A stretch of 60,551 bases of DNA from Bdellovibrionota bacterium (GTDB lineage Bacteria; Bdellovibrionota; Bdellovibrionia; Bdellovibrionales; UBA840), in the NCBI GenBank assembly GCA_036140815.1, contig JAYZXX010000046.1, positions 1 to 60,551 on the forward strand. The letters run 5' to 3'. Made by a program: the position numbers and the translations under genes. Shown one piece after another: positions 9,276 to 17,675 of the stretch. The notes beneath the pieces were generated by a model. The model saw only the letters and a program-made list of their open reading frames with translations, made no database searches and had not been told where the DNA came from. Numbering within the stretch: the first letter of the stretch is position 1; every line of letters begins with the position of its first letter.

Positions 9276-12200
9276 TGAAGTTATTTTTATTTCTATTCCT
9301 TTTTACGGCCTTTGAGTTACTCGCAGCTGAGCCATCTAACAAAGTTACGGGAATAAAAAAACAAGAGTGTGCTAGCTCAGCAGTTCCTGTTTCAAAGCGT
9401 GGTAGATTGTATTGGGTAGACCATCACCGTGATGTTGATGAAATGGCAAAAATCAAAGAGGCTGCCGAAGAATTTACTGACATTGCTCACAAGTTAAATT
9501 TTAATATCCCCAAGCATGTCGCTACTTTTGCATCTAGCCAGGAGCTTGCGCTATTGTTAGCAAACGGAGCCCATCCTGCCCCTCATGCAATTGATGGGAG
9601 TTTGGTGTTTAAAGCTACTAGAGAATCTAGCTCTGTTTATGAGTTCGTAACCTCAGGTTGTCCACTTTGTCACTCTTATTTTCAGGACACAACTCCATGG
9701 ATTCAGCAACTTTCTATTTTTGCTCACGTTTTGGGGCATAATCATGTATCGCAAACTTCGACTTATGGAAAAATTCGAAAACCTGAAGATGCTGCTCGTT
9801 CTGCTTTTGAAATGGTTGAGTTGATGAACCAATTGAAATATCACCAAAATATTTCCTGGGAGGAGATTAGTCTTTTTTATCAAAAAATATATAGCATGAA
9901 GATAGACCAAGATTTGGTGGTTGGTTCCTATGACAGTGTTGATTCTTTAATCAAAGCTTTAGATAAAAAAAGAACCGAAGACGAAAAATTTAGTGGCAGC
10001 AGCTCAATGCTTCAGTCTATGACGGCGCTGAGTAAGACCAAGTTAAAGCCTTGGCAGCATGAAATGTTACGCATTTTCGAACAAAGGGAAGCTTGGCAAG
10101 GCTTTGCAACCATGACTAAAACAATGAATGAGGGCTTTGCCACTTTTTCTATGTTTATTATACCGAAGCATTCTAAGTACAATGAAATGAGGCACTGGAT
10201 TGACTATTCTAGTTTGTTGGCCAAGGTTCTAGGGACGAAAGAGAAAGTAAATCCAGCATCAGCTGTAAACAATCCGTACTGGTTGGGGCTTGAAGCATGG
10301 ATGAATTTATACAACAAATTCAAAAAGAACCATAAAGAGAAATATGAAACTGAATTTGATTTAGACGCAGCATTTGTTTCTTATGCGAGTAAAATCATTG
10401 AAACCCATTCAGATGCCAGCTTTCTACGTTTAGCATTAGACCAGCAATGGTTGATTGATAAAAAGCTAATCATGACTAGAGAACTGAAAGAAGACGATCC
10501 CCGTTACGATGCAAGTATAAAACAGGATCCAGATGATAAATTGATTCTTGTAGTGAGTAATGATCCTAGAAGGTTAATAAACAAGATAGCAAGGCAAGTA
10601 GGAAATCGTGGTGATAAGATGCCAAGGCTTAGGTTTATTGAGGATTCACATGCAGGAAAATATATCCTGTTAAGACAAGATTTAGTTCAGAACCATGGAA
10701 TTCCTTTAGAGATTTTTAGTGCGACGAAGAAGATTTACGACCTTGCAAGCACCTATAAAACAAGTGTAGCGGTAGATACAGCAATTCCTTCTTATTATAT
10801 TGCTGAAAAATTAGATGCACAAACCAAGGCGGAAATTAAAGACATACAAAAAAATGCCAAATGGTTTCCAAAGGATGGAGAGGTACATAAACTGAATGAG
10901 CCTATGCTGATCCCGGTGCGTATCATTGTTTCTCCAGATCGAAAAGTTGAAGTAAAATACTGGAGCACCAATGATAGCTTAGATAAAGAGCTGGAGGGCT
11001 TTCGAGAAACTTTAATGAGCTCAGTAGAATCTTACTACGAAGACTCTATTCTTGGGCTAAGCGAAAAGTACCAAGGAGTTATCGATTCAGACTTGAGACA
11101 GAAATTTGGAGCCGCAACTCAAGGTGCTGTTTCTAATACCGCTGCCATTTTGCCGACAGCACCTTCTGCTTCTTTAGCAGTTGCTGAATATCTTCGTTTT
11201 GTTGAAGAAAGAACGGTTCTCGCACTAAAAAGAGCTATGAACGGACAGGGAACAGGGGTGGCTACGAGTAAAGGTATGCAAGTTCGCGTTTTTCCTGAAA
11301 TAGCATTTTTTGGACTGGACCAAAGATACGCGCAAATACGAAGAGAAGCCTACAAGAAAGCTATTGTTGATGGTGAGGGTGTCGCTGATCCTTATGCAGA
11401 TGCTTTTACTGATTTAGTTAGTTTTGATGCTTGGCCTGGAAAGATTTTAAGAATTCCTGCAAAAAAACAAGGTGAGGGTAAAGGAGAAGGCGAAGGAGAA
11501 GGTCAAGGAAAAGGTAAGGGTAAAGGTGAAGGAGAGCCAAAAGAGGGCGAAGAGTCTGAAGAAGGTGAAGGTCCTGGCGGAGCAGGTGGATCTAATCCTG
11601 AATTTGTTGAAGTTCCTTGGAAAGATTGGATTGAATTAATTAATGATAAGCTTAAGCTAAGAAATATTCGAAAAACTTTAGGTAGAAGTCGTCAAGTTGC
11701 AACTCGTAGAGGTGGGTCTGTTACACTTAATAGGGATCCATTACGCGAAGATCGAGTGGTGGAAAAAGCAATGGGTTATGGACTTGCAGGCTTAGAGTTT
11801 GAATGGCAACAGAGGTTTGATAGCGAAGAAAGATTTTCGAAAATGACTGAAGAAGAAAAAATTATTTTTATGGATAAGGAGATCGATAAGCTTAGTTACC
11901 AGGAAATCGTGGAAGTTGGTCTACGCTATATGCCAGAAGGAGAATACGTAGCAAAGTCTAGCGTTGAGGTGATGCAGCCTGAGTTTGATGCGGTCATAGT
12001 AATTGCTGTTGATTTTAGTATCTCTATGAAGGGAGATCCTTTGCAGAGAGCCAAGACTGTTGCTATTAATTTAAAAGAGAAAATCAAATCAGAATACAAC
12101 AATGTGATCATTAGGTATGTTGTTTTTGATACCGAAGCAAAAGAGGTTACAGAGAAGCAGGCCTGGAGTGTTACTGGAGGCGGTGGAACCTCATATGAAA

Positions 12201-12511
12201 AAGGTGTCGGAAAAAGTATAGAAATATTGGAAGAATATCCAATGTCAAAATTCAATCGCTATGCTTATGTTTTTGGAGATAGTGGACAGCATTATACCCC
12301 TGAAGTTGCAAAAGCTTTTGAAAAAATAGTCGATATGACAGATGCCTCAGGTTATATAAAAACGGGAACGATGGGAGTTGATGCATTCGACCAAGGAATT
12401 GAAAATCTATTCCAAAGTAAAAAGAAGAAATTTTCAAAGTCTGAATGGACGGAAAAGGGGGGAACTTTGGTCGATTCAATCATAGATTTGTTTAAAGAGC
12501 CAGAGGAGTAG
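9275..12511 (+). CDS. Fusion protein: SpoVR/YcgB-like N-terminal domain plus DUF444/YeaH-like (vWA-type) C-terminal domain, with signal-like N-terminus
   Basis: SpoVR landmarks: 'LSIFAHVLGHNH', 'LKPWQHEMLRIFEQ', 'MNEGFATFSMF', 'NPYWLGLEAW'. DUF444 landmarks: a Gly/Glu/Lys tract 'GEGKGEGEGEGQGKGKGKGEGE..GPGGAGGS' followed by 'EFVEVPWKDWIELINDKLKLRNI', then the vWA/MIDAS-like 'AVIVIAVDFSISMKG..', 'VIIRYVVFDTEAKEV' and 'GGGGTSYEKG'. N-terminus is 'MKLFLFLFLFTAFELLA|AE'. Confidence 0.8.
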   Translation: MKLFLFLFLFTAFELLAAEPSNKVTGIKKQECASSAVPVSKRGRLYWVDHHRDVDEMAKIKEAAEEFTDIAHKLNFNIPKHVATFASSQELALLLANGAHPAPHAIDGSLVFKATRESSSVYEFVTSGCPLCHSYFQDTTPWIQQLSIFAHVLGHNHVSQTSTYGKIRKPEDAARSAFEMVELMNQLKYHQNISWEEISLFYQKIYSMKIDQDLVVGSYDSVDSLIKALDKKRTEDEKFSGSSSMLQSMTALSKTKLKPWQHEMLRIFEQREAWQGFATMTKTMNEGFATFSMFIIPKHSKYNEMRHWIDYSSLLAKVLGTKEKVNPASAVNNPYWLGLEAWMNLYNKFKKNHKEKYETEFDLDAAFVSYASKIIETHSDASFLRLALDQQWLIDKKLIMTRELKEDDPRYDASIKQDPDDKLILVVSNDPRRLINKIARQVGNRGDKMPRLRFIEDSHAGKYILLRQDLVQNHGIPLEIFSATKKIYDLASTYKTSVAVDTAIPSYYIAEKLDAQTKAEIKDIQKNAKWFPKDGEVHKLNEPMLIPVRIIVSPDRKVEVKYWSTNDSLDKELEGFRETLMSSVESYYEDSILGLSEKYQGVIDSDLRQKFGAATQGAVSNTAAILPTAPSASLAVAEYLRFVEERTVLALKRAMNGQGTGVATSKGMQVRVFPEIAFFGLDQRYAQIRREAYKKAIVDGEGVADPYADAFTDLVSFDAWPGKILRIPAKKQGEGKGEGEGEGQGKGKGKGEGEPKEGEESEEGEGPGGAGGSNPEFVEVPWKDWIELINDKLKLRNIRKTLGRSRQVATRRGGSVTLNRDPLREDRVVEKAMGYGLAGLEFEWQQRFDSEERFSKMTEEEKIIFMDKEIDKLSYQEIVEVGLRYMPEGEYVAKSSVEVMQPEFDAVIVIAVDFSISMKGDPLQRAKTVAINLKEKIKSEYNNVIIRYVVFDTEAKEVTEKQAWSVTGGGGTSYEKGVGKSIEILEEYPMSKFNRYAYVFGDSGQHYTPEVAKAFEKIVDMTDASGYIKTGTMGVDAFDQGIENLFQSKKKKFSKSEWTEKGGTLVDSIIDLFKEPEE

Positions 12512-12542
12512 AACTTCGGAGAACGGCTTTGTTAAAGTGAAA

Positions 12543-12569
12543 AGCAGCACGGCGGATGCTGCTTTTTTG
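12543..12569 (+). terminator. Rho-independent terminator of the PrkA-like operon (possibly bidirectional)
   Basis: GCAGCA-cggcgga-TGCTGC stem followed by TTTTTTG. It lies 30 nt downstream of the stop at 12511. A-rich on the other side. Confidence 0.7.
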
Positions 12570-12672
12570 TTTTGTAAGACAAGGATAGTCAAACTATAAG
12601 ATAAATTGCCTCAATGAGAATAAATAAAATGAGGTTCAAAATATTCTTTTACAATCTGTCTTATTAAAGGCC

Positions 12673-13950
12673 TTACAATGCTTGTTTATCTTGGTCTTCC
12701 AAGTTTATTTCTGAACTAGCACTTACAGCAACACCGTTCCAATCTGGAAGTTGTGAGAAGTGAGTTCTAGACTGTTCAATGAAAGCCATCTTTAAATTTT
12801 CAGGTACTGGTTTTGCTGATGGAAATTTTTGTCTTAGTGGATCTACAAATTTGCCATACTTATAAAATTCATAATGCAGGTGAGGTCCCGTAGATAAGCC
12901 AGTGGATCCTACGTACCCAATGATTTGTCCCTGTCTTACACGTTTTCCTGGTCGAATGCCTTTGGCAAATTTGTGTAAATGTTTATAGGCAGTTCGATAA
13001 ATAGAATTATGTCTAATCTTTATTGTGTTTCCAGCGCCACCTCTCCAGCTGGCTAAAGTGACTTTTCCATCACCTACTGCCATCACAGGAGTTCCTCTTC
13101 TGGCGCCGTAATCAACCCCTAAGTGTGGGCGTCTAATTTTTAAAATAGGATGAAATCTACGACGGTTAAATCCAGACGTGATTCGACCAAATTTGATTGG
13201 ACTCTTCAAAAACATTTTCTTTAATGATTCACCCTCGGCATCGAAGTAACCAATATTTTCACCATTTTGTCTAAATAGAACGGCCTGGTATACTTCTCCT
13301 TCATTGATGTACTCAGCACTTAAAATATCACCCCAACCAATAGGCTCTCCACGTACAAATTGTTGCTCTACAACGATTCTCCAGCGATCATTCGATCTAA
13401 GTTCACGATTAAAATCAATTTGCCAGGCAAAAATCTCAGCTAATTGGACAATTAGTTCTGAGTCCATACCTGCTTCGGTTGCAGATTCCCAAAGAGAAGA
13501 GACTACTATTCCTTGGTAGTCTTTGATTCGAACCTCCACTTTTTCATTGTGAATGGCTGCGCTCCATGTGCCTTCTAACTTTTCTAGTTTTAGAATCTTT
13601 GTTGGTTCAATCAATATTTGCAAACCATGAAGGTCTATATTTCCATCTGGCTTAGATTCTTTAAAAATGGCAATTCTTTGTTTTGGGTTTAATCTAGATA
13701 GATTAAAAGTATCTTTGCTGGCATCCACCAAGCTGAAGATTTCTTGGGAACTGATTCCTTCAGATTTCAATATTTCGTACAGGCTTTGATTTTTAGCGAT
13801 GACAAATGGAAACAGCTCTTCGGTAGTTTTAACTACAGGAACTTCTTTAACAATGGGTTCGTCATTGATCTCGGGACTATAGTGAGATTGATTGAAAAAG
13901 TAGACAGATAGAGCAAGTAGAATCGGAGCTGTGATCATTAAATATTTCAT
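12673..13950 (-). CDS. M23-family metallopeptidase (peptidoglycan endopeptidase), exported
   Basis: 'HLGVDYGARRGTPVMAVGDGKV' and 'GSTGLSTGPHLHYEF' M23 signatures. N-terminal hydrophobic segment 'MKYLMITAPILLALSVYFF'. Confidence 0.9.
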   Translation of the reverse strand: MKYLMITAPILLALSVYFFNQSHYSPEINDEPIVKEVPVVKTTEELFPFVIAKNQSLYEILKSEGISSQEIFSLVDASKDTFNLSRLNPKQRIAIFKESKPDGNIDLHGLQILIEPTKILKLEKLEGTWSAAIHNEKVEVRIKDYQGIVVSSLWESATEAGMDSELIVQLAEIFAWQIDFNRELRSNDRWRIVVEQQFVRGEPIGWGDILSAEYINEGEVYQAVLFRQNGENIGYFDAEGESLKKMFLKSPIKFGRITSGFNRRRFHPILKIRRPHLGVDYGARRGTPVMAVGDGKVTLASWRGGAGNTIKIRHNSIYRTAYKHLHKFAKGIRPGKRVRQGQIIGYVGSTGLSTGPHLHYEFYKYGKFVDPLRQKFPSAKPVPENLKMAFIEQSRTHFSQLPDWNGVAVSASSEINLEDQDKQAL

Positions 13951-14228
13951 CTCTTTAGCTTCTCATAGGAAAAACCTTTCGAACAATAATATTTTTGGAA
14001 ATTAAATAGCTCTGGTCGAAGTGCCTAAAAGAGGTGCTTCTTGTGAAAAAGCAGCAACGGCAAGGCGTCATCCTTTGGTCTGTTGTAGGAAAGAATTTAC
14101 CATTTTTAAATGAGATGAATTGTCCTGATCCTGCAGTGTTCAAAGTTTTCGAAAAATATAGGAAAAGCTAAAAAGGATTTGAGACTCCGTGTTCTTCACG
14201 TAAACTAGTTGGGATCGGAGAGCTTGAA

Positions 14229-14840
14229 ATGTGGGATAAGCTTTATCAAGAAAACGAGGAAGCATTTGGTCGATATCCAAATGATTTTTTATTGGAAGCT
14301 TTAGAGTTTTTAAAAAGAAAATCAGATCTTCCGAGTAAAAAATCTGCCCTAGTTCTAGCTTGTGGACAAGGTCGAAATGCCTTTCATTTGGCTCGGACAG
14401 ACTATGATGTAGTTGCGATAGATAAATCTAAAGTTGCTATCGATCAAGCAAAGCATAGAGCGAAAAATCTTAACTTACAATTGAGTTTCCTTCATGATGA
14501 TCTTCTTAAGCTGGAAAAATACCCAAAAGCATCATTGATATTATGGGTTTGGTTTCATGCTCCTGAGGGCGCGAAAAAAGAAGTTTTTAGAAAAGTTCAT
14601 CAAAGTTTGGATGAAGGTGGTGTTTTTATTTTTGAGGGCTTGCGAGAAGAAAATCAAAACTATAAAAATTTTGGCCCTCCAACGAAAAAACTTCTTTTTC
14701 AACTCTCCGAATTACTTGAAGAGTTTAAGGATTACCAAATTTTGATTGCTCAAGAAATTGATAGAGAGTTAAAGGAAGGGGCAGCACAAAGTGGAATGGC
14801 TGCCGTAGTACAATTTTTAGTGAAAAAACCAGGAGTATAA
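14229..14840 (+). CDS. Class I SAM-dependent methyltransferase
   Basis: GGAGAG RBS. Motif I-like 'ALVLACGQGRNAFHLA', acidic 'VVAIDKS', and a post-I pattern typical of small TehB-like methyltransferases. Confidence 0.7.
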   Translation: MWDKLYQENEEAFGRYPNDFLLEALEFLKRKSDLPSKKSALVLACGQGRNAFHLARTDYDVVAIDKSKVAIDQAKHRAKNLNLQLSFLHDDLLKLEKYPKASLILWVWFHAPEGAKKEVFRKVHQSLDEGGVFIFEGLREENQNYKNFGPPTKKLLFQLSELLEEFKDYQILIAQEIDRELKEGAAQSGMAAVVQFLVKKPGV

Positions 14841-15428
14841 ATGCCTATACCTAAAAGAAAATTTTTGTTCATTCGTCATGCTCAAACTGATGCCAATAAA
14901 AATGGAATCATGGCAGGGGGGGGAACTGATATTCCATTGAATGATACAGGATTAAAACAAGCTGATTCTGTAGGGAAAAACATTTCTCCTGAACACTTGA
15001 AAATCACAAAAGTGTATTGTTCACCAATGATAAGAACACAGCAAACGGCAGAAAAGGTTTTGCAAAATTACGAGTTAAAACCAGAGTTAGTAGAAGGGCT
15101 TCGCGAGTGGCAAGCAGGTGACTGGGAAGGCATTCCATTTCACGAATTGCCACTGCCTGGTACTACTGAATTTCAGCCACCCAATGGGGAAACCCGGGAA
15201 ATTTTTCAAGCGAGAGTTGTGGAAGCAATGAACTATATTTTAGAACAAAATGACGAGATGGCATTGGTTGTAGCTCATGGTGGTGTTTGGCATGAACTGG
15301 AAAAGGCATTGGGGATCAAAGACTCTGGTATTATCGAAAATGCTCACTTAATAGAAGTCGACTGTTTTGATTCTGGTTGGACTTATAGAGAAGTGGTATC
15401 GGTGGAAACTCGTGATGCTCTTTTGTAA
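14841..15428 (+). CDS. Histidine phosphatase family protein (phosphoglycerate mutase/CobC-like)
   Basis: 'FIRHAQTDANKNG' RHG-type catalytic motif, 'SPMIRTQQTA' and 'VVAHGG'. Its start abuts the upstream stop (TAAATG). Confidence 0.85.
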   Translation: MPIPKRKFLFIRHAQTDANKNGIMAGGGTDIPLNDTGLKQADSVGKNISPEHLKITKVYCSPMIRTQQTAEKVLQNYELKPELVEGLREWQAGDWEGIPFHELPLPGTTEFQPPNGETREIFQARVVEAMNYILEQNDEMALVVAHGGVWHELEKALGIKDSGIIENAHLIEVDCFDSGWTYREVVSVETRDALL

Positions 15429-15837
15429 AACCTTACTTTTTATTTCTTTTTCTTTTTTGGCGTATGCTCAGATTACGATTGATGTGGAGATCGAAGGATT
15501 CGAAAATAACAAGGGACAGGTTCTTTGCGCTTTGGTTACTGAAGCCAAAGACTTTTTACAGCCATCAGCAAAGCCAACAGATGAGCAGATTGTTTTGATT
15601 AAAGACAAACAAGCAAAGTGTCAGTTAAAACTTGTAAATGAAGGAACCTACGCAGTGAGTGTGGTTCATGATTTAGATGCAAATCAAAAGGTAAAAATGG
15701 ATGCTTTTGGAATCGCTTTAGAGCCTTGGGGAGTTTCAAATAACGCTCCTGCAAGTAGTTTTGGGCCACCTGGTTTTGAGCAGGCAAAAGTGGATTCTCG
15801 GGTTACTAAGAAGCTTCGGATTAAATTAAATCATTAA
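15415..15837 (+). CDS. DUF2141-family exported protein
   Basis: An ATG at 15415 gives the signal peptide 'MLFCKTLLFISFSFLAYAQ'. 'NKGQVLCAL' and 'MDAFGIALEPWGVSNN' resemble DUF2141. The track ORF starts earlier, at a TTG inside the previous gene. Confidence 0.65.
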   Translation: MLFCKTLLFISFSFLAYAQITIDVEIEGFENNKGQVLCALVTEAKDFLQPSAKPTDEQIVLIKDKQAKCQLKLVNEGTYAVSVVHDLDANQKVKMDAFGIALEPWGVSNNAPASSFGPPGFEQAKVDSRVTKKLRIKLNH

Positions 15838-16076
15838 TTTTTTTGGCCCTCGTCTGTGAGTTGATTGTATTTTTGTTGTGGGTGATTTTTAACTCCTCGG
15901 TTTTGTTCTTTGAATGAACCGACCTTCTGAAGCAAATGTATTTTACTAAGACGCATTTCTTGGTCTTCGGCTGTGGGTTGTTTGTGTTTTTGTTGGGGTA
16001 TATTTTTAACTTCTCGGTTTAGTTCTTTGGATGAACCGGCCTTTTGCTTCAAAAGGCCTCTTTCATATTTCTTCAT
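15834..16076 (-). CDS. Small Lys/Gln-rich hypothetical protein (~80 aa) made of two ~39-aa repeats
   Basis: An ATG at 16076 gives 'MKKYERG LLKQKAGSSKELNREVKNIPQQKHKQPTAEDQ.. LLQKVGSFKEQNRGVKNHPQQKYNQLTDEGQKN'. The underlying DNA repeat has a 117-bp period (39 codons). The only indel I see between the two copies is one codon. The RBS is weak, so coding status is uncertain. Confidence 0.35.
   Translation of the reverse strand: MKKYERGLLKQKAGSSKELNREVKNIPQQKHKQPTAEDQEMRLSKIHLLQKVGSFKEQNRGVKNHPQQKYNQLTDEGQKN
15843..16076. repeat. Imperfect tandem duplication, 2 x 117 bp
   Basis: Unit A starts at 15843 ('ttggccctcgtctgtgagttgattgtatttttgttgtgggtgatttttaactcctcgg..'). Unit B starts at 15960 ('ttggtcttcggctgtgggttgtttgtgtttttgttggggtatatttttaacttctcgg..'). 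Confidence 0.85.
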
Positions 16077-16243
16077 ACCTAAATCTCGTAGTTCTTTTCT
16101 TTGGATGCTAGCGCGGGGGGATGGGGCGGCTTTGCCGCCGTTGGCTGCTGAAGTTGCTGCGCACTTCAAGGCACTTTTGGGGGCTTGGTGGGGTGTGCCA
16201 TAATTCTAGGCCTTCTTAAAAAATCCTCGTTTAAGTACAAAAG

Positions 16244-16273
16244 TGTCGAAAGGGAGGCTGCCACCTTTTCGAC
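16244..16273. repeat. Degenerate REP-like palindrome (same family as the RAYT-associated REPs at 52.8-53.6 kb)
   Basis: 'GTCGAAAGGGAGGCTGCCACCTTTTCGAC', compared with the consensus 'CAAAAGGGTGGCWGCCACCCTTTTG'. Confidence 0.6.
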
Positions 16274-16384
16274 AGCGCCATTTTACTCTTTTCAAATAAG
16301 CCCAACCACCAGAGTGGGCGTGCTCATCGAAGCTTTGGCGAAGGTAGGTTGCTTTTTGGAGGGATTGCTTTATATTTGGAGAAT

Positions 16385-17620
16385 ATGAGTAGTCACTTAA
16401 GTCCTTCACAACAAACTGCTGAACACGCTTTAAACACCAAGTTACGGGTGTTTCTTACTGGTGGAGCTGGAACAGGAAAGTCTTATCTGATCAAAAATTT
16501 TTTACAAGATAAGAGCCCTAAAACCTTTCCCGTTTTAGCTAGTACCGGGGCAGCTGCTGTTTTAGTTGGTGGAAGAACTTTTCACAGTTTCTTTTCCTTA
16601 GGAATCATGGAAGGTGGGCTTGAGGATACCATTGAAAAGGCATTGAAAGACAATAAGCTTTTTTCTCGACTGAACGAAGTAGAGGGTTTTGTCATTGATG
16701 AGGTTTCAATGATTTCCGCCATGGCTTTTCGTGCGGCAGAAGCAATTTGCCGTTTGTCTTTAGACCCAAGCACTCCTTGGGGTGGTCTTAAAGTAATTGC
16801 TGTAGGTGATTTTTTTCAGCTACCACCGGTAAATATGTATGGTTCAAAAAAGGATTGGTGTTTTTTAGATCCTTCATGGCAGGCGAGTGAATTTGAGTCA
16901 GTTGAGCTTATGCATAATATGAGAACCGATGATGTTGAGTTTGTGCATTTGTTGTCTGATTTACGCCAAGGGAAAATGACTAAAGACTTGAATGAGTTTT
17001 TAAGCGAGAGAATGCGTGAGGCTCCAGAGGATGAAGACATTGTTCATTTGTACCCACGAAAATCAAAAGTAGAATCTTATAATTTAGAAAAACTCGATAA
17101 AATTGATGATGCCCCTGTAAAGTTTGAAACGATCTACGAAGGGGATAAAAGATATCTTGAAAATTTAAAGCGAAGTGCACCCGTACCTGAAGAGTTGGTT
17201 TTCAAAATTGGGGCTTTCGTAATGGTTCGACAAAACGATCCCATGGGTAGGTTTGTGAACGGGTCTCTTGGTTATATACGTGATATTTTTTCAGAAGAAA
17301 TAGAAGTAGAACTACTTAATGGACGCTTCATTCGTTTAGAGAAAACCAATTTTTCTTTTCAAGATGCAGAAGGTGATACGGTAGCGATCGCTAGAAATTT
17401 TCCATTATCCCTTGCCTATGCCACTACCATTCATAAAGCCCAAGGAACTAGCTTGGATCGAATGCGCGTTGATATGGCTGGCCTTTGGGAACCTGGGCAT
17501 GCATACGTTGCTTTATCCAGAGCAAAAGATCCGAATCAACTTTATGTAGAAGGATGGGATTTAAAATCCGTTCGAGTAGCCCAAGAGGTAGTCCGTTTTT
17601 ACGAGAGCTTTAAAAAATAA
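16385..17620 (+). CDS. PIF1/RecD-family ATP-dependent DNA helicase
   Basis: GGAG RBS 5 nt before the ATG at 16385. Walker A 'GGAGTGKSYL'. Motifs 'VIDEVSMIS', 'GDFFQLPPV', 'TIHKAQGTSLD' and 'YVALSRAK'. Confidence 0.85.
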   Translation: MSSHLSPSQQTAEHALNTKLRVFLTGGAGTGKSYLIKNFLQDKSPKTFPVLASTGAAAVLVGGRTFHSFFSLGIMEGGLEDTIEKALKDNKLFSRLNEVEGFVIDEVSMISAMAFRAAEAICRLSLDPSTPWGGLKVIAVGDFFQLPPVNMYGSKKDWCFLDPSWQASEFESVELMHNMRTDDVEFVHLLSDLRQGKMTKDLNEFLSERMREAPEDEDIVHLYPRKSKVESYNLEKLDKIDDAPVKFETIYEGDKRYLENLKRSAPVPEELVFKIGAFVMVRQNDPMGRFVNGSLGYIRDIFSEEIEVELLNGRFIRLEKTNFSFQDAEGDTVAIARNFPLSLAYATTIHKAQGTSLDRMRVDMAGLWEPGHAYVALSRAKDPNQLYVEGWDLKSVRVAQEVVRFYESFKK

Positions 17621-17656
17621 AAAAAGCTAAACCAATATATGATCTAGCTTTTTTTG
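17621..17656. terminator. AT-rich inverted repeat between convergent genes (weak bidirectional terminator candidate)
   Basis: 'AAAAAGCTA-(15 nt)-TAGCTTTTTTT'. Confidence 0.3.
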
Positions 17657-17675
17657 CTATCAAATGTAGGATTTT

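Noticed and set aside
13955-14143. 62-aa minus-strand ORF upstream of the M23 peptidase gene.
   Set aside because: It sits in the divergent promoter region. Its composition is odd, rich in Cys, Arg and Phe. It has no RBS and would end 4 nt before the M23 start without any coupling signal.
15973-16409. Three overlapping 67-76-aa ORFs (15973-16203 +, 16185-16388 +, 16206-16409 -).
   Set aside because: They span the GC-rich island and the REP palindrome, so they appear to be composition artefacts. The 16349 track start of the helicase is likewise replaced by the RBS-supported ATG at 16385.
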